This document shows positions 1 to 8,773 of a stretch of 64,000 bases of DNA, piece after piece (position 1 is the first letter of the stretch; every line of letters begins with the position of its first letter). This DNA is from an uncultured Alphaproteobacteria bacterium (GTDB lineage: Bacteria > Pseudomonadota > Alphaproteobacteria > ATCC43930 > CGMCC-115725). The position numbers and the translations under genes were made by a program. Below the pieces are notes generated by a model. The model was not told the origin of the DNA. It worked only from the letters and a program-made list of their open reading frames with translations, and searched no databases. The stretch lies in contig CAVXKY010000010.1 of NCBI GenBank assembly GCA_963762425.1, forward strand, positions 16,324-80,323, given 5' to 3'.

Positions 1-954
1 GGCGCTGTAGAGCACGGGGTTGGGGCCGGGCGAGATGGCGATCGTCCAGGGCGAGCCCGGCGCGAAGGTGCCGGCGGCGAGCACCGCCTCGTTCGGTATG
101 TTGCCGATCGCCGGCCGCGCGTCGGGCGGCACCGGCAGGTCGATGGTGAACTGGCGCAGGAAATTGCCGTCGTTGTCGAATACCTGGATGCGGTGATTGC
201 CGCGGTCGGCGACGTAGACGTTGCCCTTGGAATCCGTCGTGATCGCATGCGGCGTGTTGAACTGGCCGGGACCGGTGCCGCGGTCGCCCCAGGATTTGAG
301 CCAGTTGCCGTTCTTGTCCACCTTGGCGACGCGCGAGTTGATGTAGCCGTCGCTGATGAAGGTGTTGCCGGCGGCGTCGAAGGCCGTGTCGGTGACCTGG
401 CGGAAACGGCCCGGCTCGGCCGGCAGCGGCGGGTTCGGGTGCTTCAAGGGCGCGGTGTCCTCGTCCGAGGCTTCCAGCTTGCGGCCGAACACCATGTCGA
501 CGCGGCCGTCGGGCGTGAACTTGATCACCATGTCCGAGCCCTTGTCGGTCACCCAGATGTTGTCGTGCGGATCGCACTTGACCATGTGGGCGAACGACCA
601 GGCATAAAGATGGTGGCCGATCTCGCGGATGAACTTTCCGTCGGGACCGAATTCCAAAAGCTGGGTCGCGGCCGCGGCATAGGCCGGGCCTTCGGTGTTG
701 CCGCGCGACAGCACGAAGATGTGGCCCTTGGAATTGAGCGCGACGCCGGAACACTCGCCGAAATACATATCGGCCGGAAGACGTACGGGGTTGGGAACGG
801 AATCGTAGGGGATGACCGGCACGCCCGTATCGGCAAAGCCGAAACGCGGCATCAGCGCGAGCGCCGCGGCGCCCCCGCCGGCGGCCAGCATGAAACGTCG
901 GCGGTCCATGGCGCTGCAGCAGCATGGACAGGATTCCGGATGTAGCGGATTCAT
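1..954 (-). CDS. NHL repeat-containing secreted protein with Tat signal; C-terminus lies beyond the window edge
   Basis: Absent from the ORF track because it runs off the left edge. Reverse translation from the ATG at 952-954 (GGGAGGG RBS just upstream) gives MNPLHPESC..MDRRRFMLAAGGGAAALALMP, a twin-arginine signal. NHL-type blades follow (GHIFVLSRGN, HDNIWVTDKGS, AGNTFISDGY, KGNVYVADRGNHRIQVFD). Confidence 0.75.
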   Translation of the reverse strand, partial: MNPLHPESCPCCCSAMDRRRFMLAAGGGAAALALMPRFGFADTGVPVIPYDSVPNPVRLPADMYFGECSGVALNSKGHIFVLSRGNTEGPAYAAAATQLLEFGPDGKFIREIGHHLYAWSFAHMVKCDPHDNIWVTDKGSDMVIKFTPDGRVDMVFGRKLEASDEDTAPLKHPNPPLPAEPGRFRQVTDTAFDAAGNTFISDGYINSRVAKVDKNGNWLKSWGDRGTGPGQFNTPHAITTDSKGNVYVADRGNHRIQVFDNDGNFLRQFTIDLPVPPDARPAIGNIPNEAVLAAGTFAPGSPWTIAISPGPNPVLYSA

Positions 955-1084
955 CGTGCCCTCCCTCTGGATCGCGGCCCCTTTGGCGGGGCATGTCGTT
1001 CCAAATAGTCTAACGCCGGGTCCATGCTCAATGCTAGCGTTCGCGCATAACCCCGGTCATCCGGGGAATAAGGGGGGATCGATC

Positions 1085-2401
1085 ATGGCGATACAGGGCA
1101 AAACGAAAAGCGGCGCGCTGCCATCCGCCGGCGCGTTCCGCTCGCGCACCCGCTGGTTCGTGCTGTTTCTCATCAGCCTCATGTACCTCATCACCTACAT
1201 GGACCGCGCCAACATCTCGGTGACGGCGTCGGCGATGGCGGCGGAATTCGGCCTGACCAAGATCGAGATGGGCCTGGCCTTCTCCGCCTTCGCCTGGGCC
1301 TATGCGGCGGGACAGATTCCCGGCGGCTGGCTTGCCGACCGCTTCGGGCCGAAGAAGGTCCTGCTGTCCATCGTCACCTTCTGGTCGTTCATGACCGCGG
1401 CCACCCCCTTTGCCAGCGGCGCGTCCTCGCTGTTCGGCGTGCGGTTTTTGTTCGGGCTGGGCGAGGCCGGGGCTTTCCCCACCGCCTCGCGCGCCATGCA
1501 GCTGTGGTTCCCGCGCGGCGAGCGCGGCATCATCCAGGGCGTCACCCATTGCTTCAGCCGGCTGGCGGTGGCGGTGACGCCGTTCATCGCCGTGGCGATC
1601 ATGGTCGCGTTCGGCTGGCGCTGGGTGTTCTACCTGTTCGCGCTGCCCGGCTTGGTCTGGGCAATCGCCTTCGCCTGGCTCTATTACAACCGGCCGCAGG
1701 ACAATCCGCGCGTCAACGCGGCGGAATTGGCGCATATCCGCGGCGGCGCGGAAGACGCCGCGATCCATTCGACGACCCGGCAAAGCGTGCCGTGGAAGCT
1801 GATCTTCTCCTCGCCCAACATGCTCTATATCGCGGCGGCCTATTTCTGCTTTTTCTACGGCGCCTATTTCTATCTCACCTGGTTCCCCACATACCTCTTG
1901 GAATACCGCCATCTGTCGCTGAAGGAAGTGGGCTTGTGGGCGAGCGTGCCGCTGATCACCGCGATGATCGGCGACGTCACCGGCGGCTGGCTGACCGACA
2001 CGCTCTACCGCCGCACCAAGCGGCTCAAATTCTCGCGGCGGATGGTGGCGGCGCCGGCCTATCTGGGCGCGGCCGCGTTCCTGGTGCCGGCGGCGCTGAC
2101 CGGCGACGCGATGACCGCCATCTTCTGCCTGGCGGCGTCCAACTTCTTCCTCGAAATGGTGCTCGGGCCCGCCTGGGCCGTGCCGATGGACGTGGCCGGC
2201 GCGTCGAGCGGCACCGTGACCGGGGTCATGAACATGACCGGCGCGATCGGCGCCTCGCTCTCGCCCTTGGTGTTCGCGGCGCTGGTGCAGCACGGCTCCT
2301 GGATCGCGCCCTTCCTGGTGACCGCCGGCATCCTGACCATCGGCGCGCTGATCTGGATTTTCCTGATCGATCCGGAGCGGTCGGTGGTGGGCGCGAAATG
2401 A
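1085..2401 (+). CDS. MFS transporter, anion:cation symporter (ACS, hexuronate/galactonate-like) family
   Basis: In-frame part of ORF 812..2401. ATG at 1085 follows AAGGGGGGA. Motifs YMDRANISV..GQIPGGWLADRFGPKKVL, about 12 hydrophobic segments. Confidence 0.85.
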   Translation: MAIQGKTKSGALPSAGAFRSRTRWFVLFLISLMYLITYMDRANISVTASAMAAEFGLTKIEMGLAFSAFAWAYAAGQIPGGWLADRFGPKKVLLSIVTFWSFMTAATPFASGASSLFGVRFLFGLGEAGAFPTASRAMQLWFPRGERGIIQGVTHCFSRLAVAVTPFIAVAIMVAFGWRWVFYLFALPGLVWAIAFAWLYYNRPQDNPRVNAAELAHIRGGAEDAAIHSTTRQSVPWKLIFSSPNMLYIAAAYFCFFYGAYFYLTWFPTYLLEYRHLSLKEVGLWASVPLITAMIGDVTGGWLTDTLYRRTKRLKFSRRMVAAPAYLGAAAFLVPAALTGDAMTAIFCLAASNFFLEMVLGPAWAVPMDVAGASSGTVTGVMNMTGAIGASLSPLVFAALVQHGSWIAPFLVTAGILTIGALIWIFLIDPERSVVGAK

Positions 2402-3498
2402 CGCGCGCCGCGCCCGGGGAAAACCGCCCGAAACCGTTTCGTCGCATCAATGTCGGCATCATCGGTACCGGCTGGTGCGGCGGCATCCGCGCCCATGCCT
2501 GCGCCGCCAATCCCCTGGTCGAAGGCCTCTACATCGCCGAAAACAAGCCCGCGCGTTTGGCCGAAATCGCGGCCCAAACCCATCCGGTGAAGGCGACGGA
2601 AGAGTGGCGCGAGCTGCTCGACATCAAGGCGATCGACGCCGTCTACATATCGGCCACGCCGGAGACGGTTCATTATCCGATGGCGCGCGACTGCCTGCTC
2701 GCCGGCAAGCACGTCTTCCTCGAAAAGCCGATCGCGATGAATCTCGGCGAGGCGGACGAACTCATCGCGTTGGCGCGGCGCAACCAGCTCAAATTCACCA
2801 TCGGCTATTCGCAGCGCTTCAATCCGAAACAGGCCTATATCAAGCAATGCGTCGCCGACGGCACGCTGGGCGAGCCGGTGAGCGCGATGGTGAGCCGGCA
2901 TCTGAACCGCGGCCTCGGCGACAAGATCAACACCCGTACCCGGCTTTCGCCCGCGGCGATGGAAGCGACCCACGACATCGATTGGGTGCTGTGGTGTTTG
3001 AGCCCGGCCAACCCGGTGCGGGTCTATTGCCAGTCGGTTTCCAAGGTCAACCGCGCGCGCAACAACACGCCCGATTGCTGCTGGATCACCGTCACCATGG
3101 ACAGTGGCGTGATCTTCACCATCGGCGCCGGCTGGATTCTGCCGCCGGCCTATCCGAACTTCTCGACCACCCAGATCGAATTCATCGGCACCGAAGGCGC
3201 GCTGCTGATCGACGACAGCCACAAGGACGTGGCGCTGATGACCATGAAGAACGGCCTGGTCTATCCGCTCTCGACCATGCCGGGCGAAAGCGTGGGCCAT
3301 GTCTATGCCGGCCCGATGGAGCGCGAAACCGATCACTTCGCGGCGGCCGTGGCCTATGACCGGCCGGTGCTGGTTTCGCCCGAGGAGGCGCGCCAGGTGA
3401 TGGAGGTCTATGTCGCGGCCGATCTCTCGGCCGAGCGCAACGAGCCCGTCTCCCTGCCGCTGCGCGAAGGCGACAACCGGCTCGCCTCCGGAGACTGA
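2398..3498 (+). CDS. Gfo/Idh/MocA family oxidoreductase
   Basis: ATGA start/stop overlap with the MFS gene. N-terminal Rossmann motif INVGIIGTGWCG, then LAGKHVFLEKP and the typical C-terminal alpha/beta domain. In-frame tail of ORF 1504..3498. Confidence 0.9.
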   Translation: MTRAAPGENRPKPFRRINVGIIGTGWCGGIRAHACAANPLVEGLYIAENKPARLAEIAAQTHPVKATEEWRELLDIKAIDAVYISATPETVHYPMARDCLLAGKHVFLEKPIAMNLGEADELIALARRNQLKFTIGYSQRFNPKQAYIKQCVADGTLGEPVSAMVSRHLNRGLGDKINTRTRLSPAAMEATHDIDWVLWCLSPANPVRVYCQSVSKVNRARNNTPDCCWITVTMDSGVIFTIGAGWILPPAYPNFSTTQIEFIGTEGALLIDDSHKDVALMTMKNGLVYPLSTMPGESVGHVYAGPMERETDHFAAAVAYDRPVLVSPEEARQVMEVYVAADLSAERNEPVSLPLREGDNRLASGD

Positions 3499-3685
3499 TC
3501 GCAAAAATCTCGCCGGTCCGTTAACCAACCAACCGGAACACCATCCTTAATCGCGGCGGCGATCGGAGAGTGTCGGCGGATTTGACGAACGCGTTCGCGT
3601 CCGCTCGCTTTCGCCAATGAATCAGCCAATGGCACGCTCCTTGCTGTTTTGTCCGCATGATCCGCGAAAATCTCGTTGTTGTCGT

Positions 3686-3711
3686 TCCGGCGTTGGACGC
3701 CGGATTTTTTT
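3686..3711 (+). terminator. Rho-independent terminator downstream of the oxidoreductase gene
   Basis: TCCGGCG-TTGGA-CGCCGGA stem-loop followed by a run of 7 T. Confidence 0.6.
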
Positions 3712-3786
3712 CCGGCGCGGCGCCGTCAAGCGCCGCGCGTCTTCACGATTTCCCCAACATGGTTACCGCCGCCCGCCGGAGGGCCC

Positions 3787-5601
3787 ATGCGTAAGCGGCT
3801 CATCCTGGTGGCGCGTTATTACAGCATCGAGCCGCTCGGCATTCTCTATCTCGCCGGCGCCGCCCGCGATCTCGGCTGGGATTGCAAGATCGTGCTGGTC
3901 CGCGAATTCGATTTCGAGCCGGTTTACGACGCAATCCGCTCCTGGCAACCCGACCTGGTCGGTTTCCAGATCTGGACCGGCTATCACATTCCCGCCTTCG
4001 CGGCCTGCGACCGCGTGCGCGCAATGGGCGTGCCGGTCGTCATCGGCGGCCCGCACGCAACCTATTTCGACAAGGACTGCGCGACCCACGCCGACTGGGT
4101 GGTCAAGGGCGGCGGCTTCGGGCTTTTCCGCAAGGTCCTGTTGGGGCTGCTGCCGGCGGGCATGAGCTTCGACATCAACGGCCGGGAAGAGGCCTTTCCC
4201 CTGCCGGACCGCGACACCGTCTACGAGGCCTATCCCGAGCTGGGCGCCAGCCCGATCAAGAGCATCTTCGGCTCGGTGGGCTGCCCGTTCACCTGCACCT
4301 ATTGCTACGCCCCGTCCTTCAACGAAATGCATGGCGGCTTCAAGCTCACGGTGCGGCCGGTCGCCGACATCGTGGCCGAGGCCAAGGCCATCATGAAGCG
4401 CTGGCCGCTCAAGATGGTCTATTTCCAGGACGACATCTTCGGCTACGACCGGCGCTGGCTCGAGGAATTCGCCCAAAAGTGGAAAGACGAAGTGGGCGTG
4501 CCGTTCCACTGCCAGATCCGGCTCGAACTGACGCGCAACGACATCGGCTCGAAGCGGCTCGACCTGTTCGCCCAGGCCGGTTGCAGCGGCATCACCCTGG
4601 CGATCGAATTGGGCAACGCCTTCCTGCGCGATTACGTGCTGTTCCGGCACATGCCCGACGAGTTGATCGTCGAGGGTTGCCGCAAGATCCTCGACCGGGG
4701 CATGACGCTTCGCACCGAACAGATTCTGGCCGTGCCCTTCAGCGACGTCTTCACCGATCTGGCGACGCTCGATCTCAACAATCGGATCAATCCGACCATG
4801 GCCTGGACCTCGATCCTGGCGCCCTATGCGGGCACCAACATGGGAAAAATCGCGTCGAATTTCGGTTTCTACGGCGGCAACAACGACGATCTGAGCGAGA
4901 CCTTCTTCGACCGCAGCATCCTGCGCCACGTCGAAGGCGGCCCGCTCGACATGGCGGCGATCGTGCAAGGAATGGGGGCGGGGGCGAAGGAGCATCCGTT
5001 GCTCGGGCTGAAGGCGGTCGCGGCGGGCGGGCAGCGCGCCGAAATCGTCGCGAGCGAAACCGGCGAAACGCTTGGCTCGATTTATTATCTCGACCGGGAA
5101 TCGAACGAAAAATACTGCGAGCAGACCGTCCGGCTGCAGCGTCTCTTCAACTGGCTCTCGCGCGTGCCCGACGCCGCCGTTCTGGGCCGGAAGCTGACCG
5201 AGGTGCCCACATCCCAATGGTCCTGGGAGGAGATCGGCCGGCTGACCACGCTCCATCTCAAATCGAGGGCGCCGCTCGACCGCTGGGCGGAGGAACTGGC
5301 GTTGGAGATGGGACTGTCCTCGCCGGCGGAATTCCCGGCGGCCATCGCCGCCAATCCCTGGTATTTCTGCTTTTTGCCGGCGGGCGGCGAATTCGCCAAA
5401 GCCGTGCTCGAACAGGGCGTGTTCGATCCGGCCTCCGGCGCGGACCGGATTCTCGGCCGCTTGGGCACGATGACGCGCCGCCATTTGTTCGACGTCGATC
5501 TTTATAAAATCGTGGAAGGCAGTGAGGCCATCGCCGGCCGCCGTGCCCGCGCCTTGCCGGTGCCCAGCATCTCGGGAGCCGAGGCCGACACCGGAACCTG
5601 A
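3787..5601 (+). CDS. B12-binding domain-containing radical SAM protein (class B-like) with an uncharacterised C-terminal extension of about 170-200 aa
   Basis: ATG at 3787 is 5 nt after GGAGGG. The N-terminus has a Rossmann-like B12-binding region (ILVARYYSIEPLGILYLAGAARDLG). CX3CX2C cluster motif GCPFTCTYCYAP, rSAM core up to about residue 420, then a tail with no motif I recognise. Confidence 0.85.
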   Translation: MRKRLILVARYYSIEPLGILYLAGAARDLGWDCKIVLVREFDFEPVYDAIRSWQPDLVGFQIWTGYHIPAFAACDRVRAMGVPVVIGGPHATYFDKDCATHADWVVKGGGFGLFRKVLLGLLPAGMSFDINGREEAFPLPDRDTVYEAYPELGASPIKSIFGSVGCPFTCTYCYAPSFNEMHGGFKLTVRPVADIVAEAKAIMKRWPLKMVYFQDDIFGYDRRWLEEFAQKWKDEVGVPFHCQIRLELTRNDIGSKRLDLFAQAGCSGITLAIELGNAFLRDYVLFRHMPDELIVEGCRKILDRGMTLRTEQILAVPFSDVFTDLATLDLNNRINPTMAWTSILAPYAGTNMGKIASNFGFYGGNNDDLSETFFDRSILRHVEGGPLDMAAIVQGMGAGAKEHPLLGLKAVAAGGQRAEIVASETGETLGSIYYLDRESNEKYCEQTVRLQRLFNWLSRVPDAAVLGRKLTEVPTSQWSWEEIGRLTTLHLKSRAPLDRWAEELALEMGLSSPAEFPAAIAANPWYFCFLPAGGEFAKAVLEQGVFDPASGADRILGRLGTMTRRHLFDVDLYKIVEGSEAIAGRRARALPVPSISGAEADTGT

Positions 5602-5606
5602 CGGAC

Positions 5607-5629
5607 GCGTAGCTCGTTAAGAGCGAAGC
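5607..5629 (+). repeat. REP-like hairpin unit GCGTAGC-N9-GCGAAGC (short form)
   Basis: gcgtagCTCgttaaGAGcgaagc, 6 nt after the rSAM stop and 8 nt from the tRNA-Arg 3' end. Confidence 0.6.
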
Positions 5630-5637
5630 AGAAAAAC

Positions 5638-5714
<77 letters not shown>

Positions 5715-5850
5715 ACCAACGGCGGGAGGATAGGCGGCAAGCCCGGCCCCGCGCAAGCTAGTGGGCAGACTCCCACCGGCGGCGCTAAGGCCCGGCTTCG
5801 CGTCTGCGAGCGAGCCCTGTTGCCCCATTCCCCGATTGCGGCGAGAATAC

Positions 5851-5873
5851 GCGTAGCTCCATAAGAGCGAAGC
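5851..5873 (+). repeat. REP-like hairpin unit GCGTAGC-N9-GCGAAGC (short form)
   Basis: gcgtagCTCcataaGAGcgaagc, on the other flank of tRNA-Arg. Confidence 0.6.
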
Positions 5874-5932
5874 CGAATACCGAATAAACAACGGGCCGTT
5901 CGAGCCCGGCCAAAAGGTCAAAGGGGGGACAC

Positions 5933-7132
5933 ATGCGCGTCATCAATCGGAGTCTGCCGGCCGTCCTGGCGGCGGCCGCGTTTCTCGCGATGTTTTCGGC
6001 GGCGGCGGCCTTCGCCGACCCCGTCAAAATCGGCATCCTGCTGCCCTATTCCGGGCCGTTCGCGCGGCTCGGCGACACCATGCAGAAGGCGATCGATCTC
6101 TATGTCAAACAGCATGGCGACAGCGTCGCCGGCAATCCGATCGTGCTCATCAAGCGCGACACCACCGGCCCCAACCCCGACACCGCCAAGCGCCTGGCGC
6201 AGGAACTCATCACCCGCGACCAGGTGCAAATCCTCACCGGCCTGGTCTTCACCCCGAACGCGCTGGCGATCGCGCCCGACATCACCGAGGCCAAGGTGCC
6301 GACCGTGATCATGAACGCGGCCACCGCGGTCATCACCACCAAGTCGCCTTATTTCACCCGCACCTCGCTCACCCTGCCGCAAACCACCGAGGTGTTCGCC
6401 AAATGGGCCGCGACCAAGGGGGGCCTGAAGCACGTCTACACCGCGGTCAGCGATTACGGCCCGGGCATCGACGCCGAAACCTCCTTCAAGCTCGCCTTCG
6501 CGGCTTCCGGCGGCACCATCGTCGACAGCGTCCGCTTCCCGCTGATGAATCCCGATTTCGCGCCTTTCCTCCAGCGCGTGCTCGACAAGCACCCGCAGGC
6601 GCTCTACGCCTTCATCCCCGGCGGCAGCCAGCCGGTCGCCTTGGTCAAGACCTTCCACGATCTGGGCTTGGACAAGGCGCATATCCGGCTCCTGCCCAGC
6701 GAGGAGGCGGCCGACGAGGCGGACGAGCAGAACCTGCCGGTTTTCGCCGCCGGCATGATCACCGCCATGCACTACACCGCGCAGCATAAATCCCAGGTCA
6801 ACCGGGATTTCGTCAACGCTTGGCACGATGCCTACGGCGCCGACAACGATCCCGATTTCTTCGCGGTCGGCGCCTATGACGGCATGGCGCTGATCTACGA
6901 CGTGGTCAAGACGCTGAACGGCAAGATCGGCGGCGACGCCGCGATGGCCGCGATCAAGGGCTGGAAGCATGAAAGCCCGCGCGGGCCGATTTTGATCGAT
7001 CCCGTAACCCGCGACATCGTGCAGAACGTCTATATCTGCCGGGTCGAGAAGGCGGGCGGCGGCCGGCTCGTCAATGTCGAGATCGAAACCTATCCGATGG
7101 TCAAGGACCCCTGGAAGGAACGGAATAAGTAG
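5933..7132 (+). CDS. ABC transporter substrate-binding protein, branched-chain amino acid (LivJ/K-like) family; orphan
   Basis: ORF 5933..7132. Signal peptide ending AAAFA-DP, then KIGILLPYSGPFA..ITRDQVQILTGLVFTPNA, typical of type I periplasmic binding proteins. No permease or ATPase gene adjacent. Confidence 0.85.
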   Translation: MRVINRSLPAVLAAAAFLAMFSAAAAFADPVKIGILLPYSGPFARLGDTMQKAIDLYVKQHGDSVAGNPIVLIKRDTTGPNPDTAKRLAQELITRDQVQILTGLVFTPNALAIAPDITEAKVPTVIMNAATAVITTKSPYFTRTSLTLPQTTEVFAKWAATKGGLKHVYTAVSDYGPGIDAETSFKLAFAASGGTIVDSVRFPLMNPDFAPFLQRVLDKHPQALYAFIPGGSQPVALVKTFHDLGLDKAHIRLLPSEEAADEADEQNLPVFAAGMITAMHYTAQHKSQVNRDFVNAWHDAYGADNDPDFFAVGAYDGMALIYDVVKTLNGKIGGDAAMAAIKGWKHESPRGPILIDPVTRDIVQNVYICRVEKAGGGRLVNVEIETYPMVKDPWKERNK

Positions 7133-7136
7133 TTTC

Positions 7137-7207
7137 TCTTCGCTTCGCACGACGCCGATGCGCTGGATTCGCGCATCGGCTGTGCAACGCGCGGCGTCGT
7201 GCGAAGC
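7137..7207. repeat. Composite REP-like palindrome (long form) between convergent genes
   Basis: gcttcgcacgacg-[ccgatgcgc tggattc gcgcatcgg]-ctgtgcaacgc followed by cggcgtcgtgcgaagc. The outer arms GCTTCGCACGACGCCG / CGGCGTCGTGCGAAGC are reverse complements. Confidence 0.6.
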
Positions 7208-7214
7208 TAACTAA

Positions 7215-8075
7215 TTAATGATGCTCGGGCGGTCCGCCTGGCGGCGGGTTCCCACCCGACGGATGCGGCGCGGGCGCGGGATGCGGCGCGGGCGCGGCGG
7301 CCGGATGCGGCGCGGCGGCGGGATGCGGCGCCGGCGGCCGGGCGGCGCTGGTAATGCCGCGGCCGGTGAAGGTCGCCGGACGCTGCGTCGCCGCCACTGG
7401 CGGCCTGCCGTGATTGACCGCGGCGGGCGCGGTTTTGATGGTGGCGGCCCGGGTTTCGTGCTGCACCTGGAGCGTATGCGGCGGCTGGTGCGGCTCGCTC
7501 GCGGCCCGGGTTTCGTCGGGGCCCGGCCGCGCATTGACGCCGCCATGTGCGGCGCCGGTGAAGCTCACGCGCGGGCCGCGGATGCTGGGCACTTCCCTGC
7601 CGTAGACATGGGCGACATGCACCCGGCCGAAATTATGGACTTCGCTGTTGTAGAAGAAGAATCCGCCCTCCCAATAGCCGCCGTCATAGCCCGAACCGTA
7701 ATAGCCGAAGCCGTAATCGACGCCGCCGTAAAATCCGACCGTCGGCCCCCAATATCCCGGCGTCCAGACATAGCTGACGCCGTCGGCGGCCAAGGCCCAA
7801 TAGCCCGGCGTCCACAACAGGCCCGGCGCGGGCGGCAGCACCCAGGTGCCCGGGACCCAGTAATAGCCGCTCGGCGCCCAGGCCCAATAGCCCGGTATGA
7901 AGATGTAGCCGTCATCCGGCAGCGGCGGCTCGGCATAGACCGGCAAGGGCGGCGGCGCGACCGAAACCGTCAATCCCACGGTCATCTGCGCGCGCGCAGG
8001 CGCGCAAGGCAACGCCAGCGCCAGGCACAGCAGCAGGAACGGCAGCAAACGGCGGAGCGCGCGCGAAACTTCCAT
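7215..8075 (-). CDS. Secreted YXWGXW repeat-containing protein with Pro/His-rich C-terminal repeats
   Basis: Start MEVSRALRRLLPFLLLCLALALP (ATG at 8075, GGAGG RBS). Repeats PGYWAWAP, YYWVPGTW, WTPGYWA, WTPGYWG. C-terminus APHPAAAPHPAAAPAPHPAPAPHP. Confidence 0.75.
   Translation of the reverse strand: MEVSRALRRLLPFLLLCLALALPCAPARAQMTVGLTVSVAPPPLPVYAEPPLPDDGYIFIPGYWAWAPSGYYWVPGTWVLPPAPGLLWTPGYWALAADGVSYVWTPGYWGPTVGFYGGVDYGFGYYGSGYDGGYWEGGFFFYNSEVHNFGRVHVAHVYGREVPSIRGPRVSFTGAAHGGVNARPGPDETRAASEPHQPPHTLQVQHETRAATIKTAPAAVNHGRPPVAATQRPATFTGRGITSAARPPAPHPAAAPHPAAAPAPHPAPAPHPSGGNPPPGGPPEHH
7261..7340. repeat. Imperfect in-frame tandem DNA repeat (periods 18/24 nt) encoding the PHPAA repeats
   Basis: ggatgcggcgc recurs at 7261, 7279, 7303 and 7321. 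Confidence 0.6.
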
Positions 8076-8163
8076 GTCGGTATCCTCCCTCGGGCTTTGG
8101 TTTCTATTTAGCACGGGACGGGACCTTGCCGCCATGACGGCTTGGTTGCGGAAAATACTCTGG

Positions 8164-8225
8164 CCGGGCCCGGGGGAATCTCAAGGATTCCGGGCCGAAA
8201 CGATGGGCGGATCGACATCCGCGCC
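8164..8225. repeat. Double-hairpin, terminator-like element of about 62 bp, copy 1
   Basis: Near-identical to 13431-13492; the core 45 nt, 8181-8225 versus 13448-13492, differ at 1 position. Contains a GCGGAT-CGAC-ATCCGC hairpin. Lies 36 nt downstream of the 8261 gene stop. Confidence 0.55.
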
Positions 8226-8260
8226 GCCCGATCGCCGCGGGGACCGATTCACGCGCCGGC

Positions 8261-8638
8261 TTATTGCCAGTGTCCCTCGACCCAGACATAGCCGTTGCCG
8301 GTCTGCCGCCATTGCCCCGGCGTCCAGACCGCGGCGAGATTGGGCCGTTGCTCGTAATGACCGCCGAGCCAGATCCACTTGGTTCCGGTCCAGCCCCAAT
8401 GGCCGGGCTGCCAATAGACCGTCGGGCCCGGCGCGGGCGGGACGAATTCGGCCATCGGCGGCGGCGGCGCGTTCGGCGCGACATAGATGGTGTGCTCGTC
8501 CGGGGCTTGCGGCGGAATGGCGATGTCGCCCGGGTTGCCCTGGTAGCCCTGCTGTTGCGGCGGGTAGCCGTTGCCGCAGCCGGCGGCCAGCAGCGCCAAG
8601 GCGGAAACGGCCAAAACCGGCAAATATCGGTTGTGCAT
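8261..8638 (-). CDS. YXWGXW repeat-containing lipoprotein
   Basis: MHNRYLPVLAVSALALLAAGC lipobox (ATG at 8638, GGAGG RBS). Repeats YWQPGHWGW, WIWLGGHY, WTPGQW, YVWVEGHW. Confidence 0.75.
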   Translation of the reverse strand: MHNRYLPVLAVSALALLAAGCGNGYPPQQQGYQGNPGDIAIPPQAPDEHTIYVAPNAPPPPMAEFVPPAPGPTVYWQPGHWGWTGTKWIWLGGHYEQRPNLAAVWTPGQWRQTGNGYVWVEGHWQ

Positions 8639-8699
8639 GAAAGCCTCCATCGGATGAAGGACGCATGATGAATGACGACTGGAAATGCCGCTTCGCGCA

Positions 8700-8713
8700 T
8701 TGATCTGAATCAA
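8700..8713. promoter_or_regulatory. Perfect FNR/FixK-type box TTGAT-N4-ATCAA upstream of the lipoprotein gene
   Basis: TTGATCTGAATCAA centred 68.5 nt upstream of the ATG at 8638, embedded in a module of about 80 bp shared with 11463-11541. Confidence 0.55.
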
Positions 8714-8773
8714 TCATGTCGGATACCGGACATTGCCTTCGGCCCGGCCGTCGGGCCTGTCCCCGCCGGAGCG

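Noticed and set aside
3499-3786. Possible cobalamin or SAM riboswitch in the leader of the B12-rSAM gene
   Set aside because: I could not find a B12-box-like GCCACTG core or SAM-II/SAM-V signature sequences. The terminator is equally well explained as the end of the upstream operon. A covariance-model scan would be needed to settle this.
3657-3794. 45-codon ORF just upstream of and overlapping the radical SAM start, considered as a RiPP precursor peptide
   Set aside because: Its third-position GC is far below that of real genes here. It contains the terminator hairpin and T-run inside it, it has no RBS, and its sequence has no leader/core features.
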